A stretch of 56,631 nucleotides of DNA, counting the filler, from Jimgerdemannia flammicorona (taxonomy: Eukaryota): assembly GCA_003990765.1 (NCBI GenBank). It is 3 parts of 3 records of this genome, joined end to end, with 100 filler letters (N's around TTAATTAATTAA, not from the genome) between each part and the next. Parts side by side here need not be neighbours in the genome. Positions count along the whole stretch, not along the records: positions 37,825 to 56,631 come from RBNJ01002109.1; 2 more parts are not named here. The stretch is one strand, 5' to 3'. The position numbers and the translations under genes are program-made. Below the pieces are notes generated by a model. It did not search any database. It worked only from the letters and a program-made list of their open reading frames with translations, and had not been told where the DNA came from. This document shows, in pieces, positions 46,150 to 56,631 of the stretch (position 1 is the first letter of the stretch; every line of letters begins with the position of its first letter).

Positions 46150-49100
46150 ATTTCTTCTTTTTTCCAGATAGTGTTATAGGTGGGGTAACTCTTTCACTTG
46201 ATAAAAAAAAACTGCTTAACTGTTTTGGTATGTTTGTGGATCTTATAGTCAAGTACTTTCTTGATTTTGAATTCCTTATAGTCATTAATCCTAATCAAAA
46301 GTAATAGTAGAACTATATACTTGGGGAATAAGTTCTCATAGTAGTCCACCAGTTGGCTAAGATAGAATACTGGATATACTTAGATATTGTGAGAGAGTTG
46401 CAGCTTATAGTTGACTTTACTGATCTTTTTCACAATCTTATATAGTCCAATTCTTCTAGTATAGAGTTTCTTGAATAGTTGCTATATTAGAGTGTCTAAA
46501 TGGAGATAGTCTGTTTTAAGTATAACTATGTCACTAATATTGTAGGAGGCTTCTCTTCACTTTAAGTTTGCATACTTAGTCTGGTAGTTCTGTACTTCTA
46601 TGAGAGTATCTCTTGTCATTTGGATAAGATTAGAAATAGTCTCAGCTAGATCTTGAGCTACTGGGACTGCTGATTTTGTAGTAGTGCTCAAGGTCTTTAA
46701 GTACTGACCATGGTTCAGGAAGAATAGAGTCTTCTTCATAGAGATTTGCTGACTATTGTTGTAGACAAACTTGGCATAGGCTAGGTACTTATTCTAATCA
46801 TTTTGCTTATACATATCATAGAGTTTCTGTATGATTTTGAACTATAGAGCATTATTGTTAGATATGTATAACTACTCTATCATCTCTATAGATAAGTCTA
46901 TTATAGTAAGTAAATCTTTTGGATATTTGTCTTATGGATTCTGAGATCTCAGCCTCTGGGTCTTAGCAAAATTGAAGGAATTTCACCAGAAGACTATCCT
47001 GTTAGTAGCTATCCTTAATCATCTAAGTAAGATCTCCAATTACCTCAACTATAAAGATAGGTTCATCTTCCATATATCTGGAGAAACCATCAGCCACATA
47101 GTTGGTTTTGCTGGGGATATACTTGATTTCCATATTAAAGTTAGTAATAATTTCCATCCAATGAGCTTATCTATAGATTAGTATGGGCTATATATAAATA
47201 TACTACAGAGTATAGTGATCAGTATAGATTATAAATAGTTATCCTAAGAGAAAGTAGCACTATTCCTAGAGTATAGTGACAATGGTCAGAAGTTCCTTCT
47301 TATGAGTAGTATACAGAGTCTCAGCTGACTTGAGCTTTTGGGAAAGGTAGGCTACTGGGCAATCTTCTTAGCTGAGTACCACCTCAATAGCAATATCAGA
47401 GATATCTGTGGTCAGAGTGAATAACCTGGTAGAGTCAGGTGTAATTAGCACTGGGGCCTCAGTAAGGAGTCTCTCAAGGTAGTTCATAGTCTAAGTACAC
47501 TCAGAGGTCCATTCAGTCTTAATATTCACTCCTTTGTAGACCAGACTGATCAGTAGAGCTATAATAGTAAAGTATCCTTGAATAAACCTTCAGTAGTAAT
47601 CTACAATATCTAAGAAGCACTGGAATAGCTTGAGGGTAGTGGAGATAGGAATATTCTTAAGGGCTGATATCTTTTAGAGATCCATATTAATACCTTCAGT
47701 AGAGATAATATACTCTGGATACTTGATCTGATCTTAGTAGAACTTAACTTACTCATCTTAGCATAGAGCTGGTATTCTTACAGAAGGGTCAGTATCTGCC
47801 TTAGGTGGGTTTAATATAGTTCTACTGTTTTACTATAGATTAGTATATTATCAATATATATAAGAATACAAATATTAAGCAGTGGTCTAAAGATGTCATT
47901 CGTCAGATACTGGAATATTGCTAGTATATTGGTCAAACCAAAAGGCATGACTCAGAACTGATAGTGTCTAAACTGCATTTAGAAAGCTGTCTTCTCAATG
48001 TTCTCATCAATAAGAATTTGATAGTAACCATTTTACAAGTTCAGTAGGGAAAAGGTCTTAGTCTTAAAGATCTGATACAATAACTTATTAATCCTAGATA
48101 AAATATACTAGTTCTTGATGGTGATCTTATTGAGAGCTCTATAGTTAATATATATTTACAAAGAGCTATTCTTCTTCTTAACAAATAAAATAGAGGCTCT
48201 AAATGGAGAGTGGCTGGATTCAATATATTCTTGGACCAATAGTTTAATCAACTCATCCTTAAGGATCTTGAGTTTAGTTTAGGCCAGCTAGTAGATACTC
48301 TTGTATGGAGGTTTAGATTCTGGAATGAGATCAATTCTATGTTGGATTTGGTACTTGGGTGGAAGTTCTTTGGGTTCCTGGAATATATCTTAGAATTTCT
48401 CAAATAATTCTTAAGCTTCTGATGAGATTGGACTACTCAGAGCTTCAGTAACCTCTTGTATAATATAAATGAAGTAGGTATTTCCTTTTTTATAAGAGAG
48501 TCTCTTTATTTGAATAGCAGAGATGATTTCAATTTCTTGATGATTGGTACCTTCTTGGGATATTAGGGTGATCTTTCTGCTTTTATGAATCAGATTAACC
48601 TTATTGATCCTCCAGTTGAAATCTGGGTTGTACTTGATCAATCAAGTCTTTCTTAGAATAATATTTTGTCCTAGAAGATCTATAATACTGAAGTCCAACT
48701 TCTCTTGATATTTGCCAATTCTGAGCAATAGGTCTTTATAGATCTTGATCAAGAGTGCAGTCTTACTATTACTAAAGATAATACTCCTTTTCTCAATAAC
48801 TGGTCTGCTTTAGACTCCAATCCTCCTGATAGTCTTGATGCTAATATAGTTTCCAGTAGCACTATTGTCTAGTAGAACATTGATATTTTGTCTATGAACT
48901 TGGTCTGAGAACTTAATACAACTGTTCTCTTTTTTGATAATATTGAGCTCTTTATCCTCATTATCTCAATTGCTATCAGTCTCCTTGAAGTCAGTCTCTC
49001 CTCATCTTTTACAAGAAGAGTAGTTCTATTTAGATTTCTCAGTCTATTGGGCTTAGTGTTTCTCAAATTGAATTTTGAAAACTTTAGAGAGGTATATATG

Positions 49101-50190
49101 ATATTTACTAATATATTCTATATAGTATATTCAGATAGAATGAGGACATCATCTATATAGTATATAACTATTTGCAATTTCCTTATACCAGTTTTTATCA
49201 TCTTCCTTCATAGTGATAACCTTTTGACTATGAGATTTATTGGTTAATCTAAACTCTTTCTTGCCATGATCTATTTAAGAGAGTTTGGAGACTTCTTTAA
49301 TAGTGAGATCTTGATAAATTTCTTCAATAATTGCTTGGGCAATTCTTTGGCCTGCTTTGACTTCAAATGAGTTGTCTCTAAAATTTCACAAGATAATATA
49401 GATTTCACCAGTAAATCCTTAGTCAACTACTCCTTCTTCTAGTCTAATGTTGAATTCTTTAGCCAGACTGCTTCACTTAGCAAGACAGATATATATTTCT
49501 TTAGAGACTTGTATTGTAATCTCAGTTCATACTATAGTATTAGTACTTAGTAAAATGGTGAGATCTTAGCTACTATAGAGTTTATATCTAGCATCAGTAG
49601 GATGAGCCTTAGTGAAGATGATAGCCTTATATCATATTTTCTATACTTTGATAATATTCTTAGGGTTCTTCTTTTCTAGACCTTTTCCAATAATAGTGAT
49701 ATTCTAATTACTAGATTTATCTGATCTATTTTTCTTTTCAGAATATCTGACAGAGATGTATCTTACCTTTCTATAAATGAAGTACAATTCTTTTTTATAA
49801 AGCTACTTCTTTTTATCCTCAGTGGAGAATCTGGGTCCTCTGGGGTTTTATTGGTTCCTTTGATCATTTCTCTGATCATTTCTTTAATCATTCTTTCTGG
49901 TGAGATTCCTCTTACATATCTTGGTTATCTTTCTTATATTCTGGATTTTATAAGACCTATGCAGTAAGGATTTCATGAGCTCTTCTTTGTACTTGAACAA
50001 AGCACTATGAGTAATAGAGATATCCTAGAGAAAGGTCTTATTCCTTAATCTTCTGGGTGAGTCAGTCTAATAGGGCTGCAAAGAGATAGTTGGCTCTGGT
50101 ACTATTGATGGCCAAATTGTTTTCCTAGTAGGTAAGTCTAACAGTCTTGAGATAGGCATCCATCCTAGTAACAAAGGTTTCTAAATAGTC
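46150..50190 (-). mobile_element. Heavily eroded chromovirus-type Ty3/Gypsy: gag knuckle, dUTPase, Cys/His module, PR, RT, RH, IN, chromodomain
   Basis: INVLLDNSATGNYI (PR), [18 protein letters not shown] (RT), TTDISDIAI (RH), VYPVFYLSQL, and FFIK*KSYPTYNTIW (chromodomain-like). 5' end missing; 3' end not resolved (may extend to ~43800). Confidence 0.78.
49242..49650 (-). pseudogene. dut: dUTPase relic upstream of protease in chromovirus
   Basis: AHPTDARYKL, K*SSLAK, GVVD*GFTGEI, GQRIAQ, HGKKEFRLT: the five motifs, each recoverable mainly by reversing C>T/G>A changes. Confidence 0.8.
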
Positions 50191-50194
50191 AATC

Positions 50195-50498
50195 TATAAA
50201 TTTAAGACTAAGCCACCCTGTCTTGATCTTAAATTTACAGCCAACTGGTTAAGTGGTATTTATGGACCTTTTATTTAATTTGAAAATTTTGAAAATCAAA
50301 ACAGCCAAATAAGGTTTAGTCACTTGGCCAACTAGCCAATCCATAAATTTAAGGCTGAGCCACCCTGGCCAGCCATTGGCCATATGATCTCTCTATATAT
50401 TATAACCTGAAAATTAAGTCCAGCCACCTGGTCAGCCAGTGGCTGACCATGGCTCTAGCCAGCCAGCCAGAGTGGCTTAGCCACAGCTGGGATCCCTA
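50195..50498 (-). mobile_element. Probable DNA-transposon (hAT-like) terminus with subterminal repeats
   Basis: Minus-strand end TAGGGATCCCAGCTGTGG. Many agcca/tggct motifs and a duplicated ataaatttaag(a/g)ct(a/g)agccaccctg. CpG depletion ends abruptly here. The matching TIR was not found. Confidence 0.55.
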
Positions 50499-50512
50499 AT
50501 CCTGCTTACTAG

Positions 50513-52365
50513 CATGTTCGCGGTCCCTATCGGCTCAGAACTGCCCATCAAGGTGGAGCAACCGATTTCTCTGCCACACAACGCGACAAGTTCGAAGGGA
50601 AGCGAGCGGGAAAAATCTTGTACGAGTTCGTGGTCCCTAAGATGGTGCTATCTGGACAAATTCATATTCCAGTGGTGACGAGGCTAGTACCTTTGGACTT
50701 TGAGGGTTGGGTTAAGATGATTACGATGGAGGTGGAGGAGGTCACGAAATATAGGTAGGTATGTGGATTATAGGTTTGGGGGTACTAGGGTTCCAGTTAT
50801 GAGAGCATTGCCATTCTTCGGGAGGCCGGATTACTTACCTGGGAGCACGTGCGCGCACTCTCCGATCCATTGGTGATATCTATAGAACGGGATCCCGAAT
50901 CCTTCTGGAATCAGCAGCTCAATGTCCCTCTCCAACTTTCAAACGTCACGTCGCCTTTCCCCGATAGCCGATCGCCCACCATAAGCATTAGCCACCGCAT
51001 CCACATACACCTCGTCTTCTTCATCGAGAAGGAGAAACAGCTTGCGATCAAGGTGCCCATCACAATACTTCCCACCTCCTGTCCCCCCTGGCCGTCCACC
51101 TTCTATCCTCCAGCCCCTTGTCTGGCTGTCCTCTGTCCCCCAATCTCCAGTTCCGCAAGCATGCACAGGGAGCCTCTATCACAGAAATAGCCTCATGGCA
51201 TCGATCGCGCCTTCTAATACCGTCAGCTCCGTTGGATCTTCCTCGTCGCTGGAAGAGAAAAAGCCGGAGCAAGTATCAGACGATCCATCGGTGGGGGGTT
51301 GTGAACTCTCTGCCATGGTATTGGTACGACAATCAGGAAGGACGCACTTTACCGTCGGAACAGAAACCAGAAGCGCCAGACCCGGAACAGAAACCAGACG
51401 CCAGACGCGCCAGACCCGGAACAAAAACCTCACGCCTATGATGACAGCCGGTCCTCAGCCCACCTCCAACTTATTTCCTCACGACCACTCCCATGAACAC
51501 CAACGCGTCCTATCATCCGTGCCCGCACTGTCCCATACGTCCTATAAAAGAAGCTCGACCGTCCAAAGCAGCTCGACCGTCCAATACAGCTCGACCGATC
51601 AAATCAGTGCAACAATCATACCAAATCCCCTTCATACGCCCTTACCCAATCCCACAGGAATTGCCCCCGAGACCCTACTATTCGTCCACACCATCCTCCC
51701 AAGGTGCCATCCACCTGCAACCCATTACCCCGTATATGACTCCGCCGCCTTCTCGTCATGGCAGTATTATGGGAGACTCCGACCACCTGTCATTACCCCG
51801 CGGCCTGTCCGCTCCGCCCTCTCGTCAGAATATTACCGGATCGACTCTCAGCTCCGTCTCAGCCAGGTCCGGACCGGCGATCTACCCGCCGTACCAGAAC
51901 ATGATGACTCCAACCGGCTTCGATCTAGCCGCGAACGCCTACCCGTCCCCGCAGCTCCGAAACTCGTACCCTTTTCCTGATGCGCCGCCGGCGGACGCAG
52001 GAGCTCGATTCAGGGGTGTACCCGCACCCACCATCGTCGGCGTCAATAACCCGCACGACGGTGTCATCATGTTGCAGCCGATAGATGAACAACCTCAGCC
52101 CTGGCCTCCCACGTCGACATCGCGACCGTTGCTGATACCACCGAGACCCCTGCCACCGACACCGCAGACCATGCTGATGCCACCAAGACCCCTGCCACCG
52201 ACACCGTAGACCATGCCGTATCAGGAACCACCGCAGGCACAGGGAGAGCAAGTAATGGGATATCCGGAGCAGCAAGGCCAACCGATGACGGGGCACTTGG
52301 GCCAGCCTCAGGTGCAACCGCAGCCGAAGGGGAAAAGGACCGTAATACCCACCCCTTGGTCGTGA
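50513..52365 (+). pseudogene. Alpha-arrestin-like gene remnant (arrestin C domain plus Pro/Ser-rich tail)
   Basis: Exon 50513-50754 encodes GKILYEFVVPKMV..IPVVTRLVPL..VKMITMEVEEVTKY; then ISISHRIHIHLVF..LAIKVPITILP. Frame changes near 51070 and ~51700, and TAG at 52207 where the repeat twin has CAG. Confidence 0.65.
52131..52214 (+). repeat. 42-bp tandem duplication (LxPPRPLPPTPQTM x2)
   Basis: gctgataccaccgagacccctgccaccgacaccgcagaccat followed by gctgatgccaccaagacccctgccaccgacaccgtagaccat. Confidence 0.9.
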
Positions 52366-54748
52366 GATCGGAAGGGTTGAAAAGACTTTTTTTCTATGTA
52401 CTTGTATTTCTCTTTTTTTTTTTTTTTTGGTCGGAAAGCGGGCTGATCGAAGTTGACAGGTTTGTGAGCCGTGGGTTGCGTGTATAATACTTAGAGACAA
52501 CAAGGGGTTCAAAAGTTTGGACGAGTACCCTTCTTATCTTTTTATTTCTTTGGACTTGAGTTCCCATCAATACTCATGTAATTACCATATCATCATCATT
52601 TCATTTCTTACAATTTCAGACTTCGACATGAAAATGTACAGTGGGCATATTCTGTTGTAAGTGATTAGCGCGCAAGTATAGCTAGGTGTCAAATATGAAT
52701 CCAAACCCATAAGTCAGGAACACATTGCAATTCACTGATGGGAAAAAACAGAGAACATGCATGGTTATTCCGTGGAAATTCATCGAAAATGGGATGGTGA
52801 ATCTCGTGCATATCAGTGGTCCTAGTCGTGAAGTTATATATATATGATCGTTCGGGTTTTCATGGTAGTAGGCATGTTCCGGCTTGCCATTCAAGCCACC
52901 TCTTCCGACCCCCTCTTTTTCGGCATTTTTGCTTTTCGTTTTGTCGTTTTATTGTATTCGTTCCCGGCGGAGAAGGGGGCATACGTTTCCGTAAATATAA
53001 AGCAAGCACGCGAGATCCGAATACTGGGCAAAAATTGGAAGTGAAATTCCACCCCCTGGAATTTCTGTTTTCGAGAAATATCGTGGGACACATCAAGACA
53101 ACGAAGCCACTAAATCAAGGAGGCGTTAGGTTTCCATTCTGGCTTTACGCCCCTCCCCCCAAGCACGCCCCCTATGATCCCTCGTGCAACCTTACGATTT
53201 TATCGGTGACCTCAGGGTGATCTAAAGGGGTTGTAAATGTGTAAATACGAGTTCACACACATGGCGTAACCGCAATTGGTTTACGGAGAATGCGATCTAT
53301 GATCGATCGGTGGTAGCGCACGGATGGTGCATGGGTAGGTATTACGATTTAATGTCCACTATGCATTCTTTCAATAAAGCTCCTTATCGACTTATCCCTC
53401 TGCCACCGCAAGACCAAGAGTGTTCATATCATCTGTTATAGCACGTGACGAGCCTTTGCCTTGAAAGTGCTGACTGTGAGAAAATTTACCGGATCCACAT
53501 GCCCAATGCATCCATGCCCAGATGGGTCGAATGCACGATGACGAGAACTTCTTCGACAAAACCATGTCTCCATTACCCATCACGATGAGCATTTTACCAA
53601 CACAACTGTATCAAGTTAGGAGCGTGATTCTGACAACCACAAAAGGTCAAACCGCTACGGTTATTCTCCACTCACACCTCTCCGGGGCGTTACAATAGTA
53701 TGCATTCTTGAGCATTTGCCCTTTGGGCTGGCCAACCTGGGCCGACTCAATCTCAGATTCCGGGGCTTTTTGGTTCCGGAAGTACTTTTCATACCAACTC
53801 AAACAAGAACAAACCTCGCACGCCACCGGGCAACAACCAGATCAAGTTTTGTCGGTCGGCCTTACAATTCACCTTTCACATGCGCCTGTGTAACTCTTAA
53901 CCTCGCCAACGTGCGTGTGGGTTAAATCTGGCACGCGGATAAAGGCAACTGGACGGGTGGGTCGTAGGTTCAATAAGGTGTTATCGGGGCTGAGATAGTC
54001 GAACCTTAGCCGAACGGACAACTGGGAGGTGGTCAAACCATATGACGTTCCAATGAACGGCAGTCGTTGGACCCTTTTCATTGTTCGACGTTTTCAGTGT
54101 ATGATGTCCATTTAGGGTAATAAGTTTATGTATCAAGAACACATTTTTCTGTGTATACGAACATCGTATGGATGTTGGGTAGCTACGCCCTAAATCTATG
54201 AACAACACGGACCCGAAAGCACAGACACCAAGCATTGAACATCAAATTATTGCCGGAAAGAGGTGATGGGTGGCCCCGGAGCCTCAGAAAATAAATGCAA
54301 ATCCAATGGATTGTGCTGCCCCGTCCTGCCCGCGTCCATAAGCGGAATAGGTCAGAGGTATTTCATCTCTGATCTTCGACGCCGATGCGCTGGCCTTTGT
54401 TCCTAAGGTTATGCGTGCCATGTGGGCCACGAGTAGCCCAACAGGGAGGTGCGGGACTCGTTGGTGCAACGCGGGGGTGGGGATAGAGCACAGGCCTCCA
54501 AAATGGGTCAATCGAACGTGCCAGGCAAGACGGACAGTTTTCCTCGGGCGCGGGTTTGGGGGGGGGGGGAAAGGGGGTAGGTGGACGGGAATGGATCTGT
54601 CCGAAAAAGAAAGCAAAAGGAAGATCCTAGGCGGGATTTGACGATCGGGAAATTACCACAAAGAGGTTGCCAATTTTCCTTTAAAACCGCGGGCTTCCGA
54701 AGACCTCCCCGGCCCAGGTTTCCTCACAACTTTAGATTCACAACAACA

Positions 54749-56596
54749 ATGACAAATATGACCAAATCTTCAGAACCAAAGAATGTTGTGATCATTGGTG
54801 CTGGTCCAGTCGGTAAGTGTAGCTTTAATTATATACTCGGCTCCCGCAAGTGAACCACACATTCGCTTGATGGCTGAACTTTTTAAACAACCAATATTTA
54901 GGCTTGGTCATAGCGTGGACACTTGCCCGTCGCAAAGACCTCCAGGGCAACCCCCTTTACAACGTCCACGTCTTCGAGCGCCGACCAGACCCTCGCACGA
55001 CCCGACACGCGGACGAAGCCTACTCGTTCAACATTATGTTGTCGTCTCGCGGAATAAAGACGATCCGTGAAGCGGGTCTTTTGGACAGTTTCGTGCGGGA
55101 GGGTGCGGCGTGTAAGCAGCTCCTATTCTGCATCGGCGGAGACGACGTGAAGAATGGGCTGTTCTGGGAGTTCGATCCGGTTTTCGGTACCGGAGATCAC
55201 TACATCGCCATGTCGCGAGACACGATGATGTGTACAGTATTGGAAGAGATGGAGACAATATCCGAGAAGAATATCCATGTGCTCTTCAATGCCTCATGCA
55301 ACCTCTTCGATTTTGAGAATGCGAATATACACGTAGCGACCAATGGTGTCGAAAAAGTATACCATTACGATCTACTCATCGGCGCTGATGGTACGTTCCC
55401 CTTCACCTGCTCTCGCTAACTTGAGAGAAATATTGTTGTCTGACAACCCTTCCGAAAAAATGATTCATGTTATATTAGGTGCGCGCTCGAGGCTCCGAGA
55501 TGCTATGTGCAAGCACGATTATTCCATTAAAGCATCCTGGGAGCACGTAGGAATGTCAGGAAAAACTGTCAGAGTATCATACAAGGAGCTGCAGAAGGCT
55601 GGCCTTTGGGAACATGTGGTTGACAAAGAGGGTTTACCTCGGGCCATCTTTTCCTTCTCCGCCGATCACTCCATGTCGTTCATTGGGTAAGTATTGTATT
55701 TCGCAGGCCGTCATTTAACTCAAAATGCGAAATGCTGACGTATTTCCCGATTAATCCAGGACACCCGATAAATCCAAAGACTACACCTTTACCTTTGCGA
55801 TGAACATGCCGATGAAATGGGATTCATTCACCGACAAAGAAGCTTTGCGCAGCCACATAATTGCGTGTTATCCGCGTTTGGGTGAGATTGCATGGAAATA
55901 TCTGGAACCCATCTGGGACAGGCCTGCGTATCGCGTCTTGTCGGCGAAGAGTTCCCAATTTCATCTCGACGGCCACAATGTCATGCTGATAGGTGACGCG
56001 GCCCATGCTTTGCCACCGACTTGTAAGTATTTTCTGCTGTTTTGATTTGTTCCCATAGTATTATCTTGCGCATGTAACACACCTTCATTTGATCCATCAA
56101 ATCAGACGGTCAAGGTCTTAACACTTCTTTCGAAGACGTCACGGTCCTTAATCGCCTTCTGGACTCCTACAATGATACCAAATTTGACGACGTCGTCACC
56201 GAATTCAGCAAGCTACGCAAACCCAACGCCGACGCGATCTCCGACCTCTCCTACGACATGTACGGCCTTTTCCAGAACGAGCCGCTGGCTATATTACAGT
56301 TCGTCATGGACATGACCCGCCACTGCATCGTCAGCTACCTTCCCATCCCTGAAGAGTGGCGCCGAACAATGGTGGTCGAAGATTTCGTAGGCACCTACGT
56401 CGCCCACCATACGGTTGACTTCCAGCAACTTCAGAAGATGCAGCAGAGGCACTTCAAGATCGGATGCATTATTCTGTTGATGTTGCTAGCCGCGCTAATT
56501 TCCATTATGGTCAAGTACCTGTTGCCACCGCAAATGACATCGTGGGATTCTGAACATGTGTCCGTGTACAACGTTTCAAAGGCTCTATATTTCTGA
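54749..56596 (+). CDS. FAD-dependent monooxygenase, kynurenine 3-monooxygenase-like, with C-terminal membrane anchor
   Basis: Exons 54749-54812, 54902-55390, 55479-55686, 55760-56022, 56106-56596. Motifs [59 protein letters not shown]; hydrophobic IGCIILLMLLAALISIMV. Confidence 0.88.
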
Positions 56597-56631
56597 TGTC
56601 AAAATTTTGTCTTTTTTTTTTTTTTTTTTTA

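Noticed and set aside
54552..54590. G-run cluster upstream of the monooxygenase (possible G-quadruplex)
   Set aside because: Single occurrence with no evidence of function.
52400..54700. Short ORFs in the intergenic region
   Set aside because: No domain similarity or convincing splice structure.

Overview
Eukaryotic, intron-rich DNA, most consistent with an early-diverging fungus (Mucoromycota-like; inferred from intron style, the TKL kinase type and the TE content). CpG-rich gene islands alternate sharply with CpG-depleted, C>T-eroded transposon blocks. Genes: a 19-exon pseudokinase-LRR(10 x 84-nt exons)-TKL kinase gene (6167-11549, +), a 5'-truncated, frameshifted alpha-arrestin-like pseudogene (50513-52365, +) and a divergent kynurenine-3-monooxygenase-like flavoprotein gene (54749-56596, +). 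The ~39 kb between them is a nested TE cluster: a full-length Ty3/Gypsy element (family A, 19579-26310) plus an eroded relative, two copies of a sister family B with ~1.5-kb LTRs, a full Ty1/Copia element, a LINE, a chromovirus relic, a hAT relic and a MITE. There are two 100-nt assembly gaps. Most notable: (1) four Gypsy copies from two lineages carry dUTPase together with an unrecognised Cys/His module, in opposite order and at different pol positions; (2) families A and B share an unrecognised accessory protein, encoded after integrase in A but inside the LTR in B, and each LTR carries its own palindrome array, suggesting a possible retroelement-encoded regulator and its sites. All alignments were done by eye; no databases were searched.
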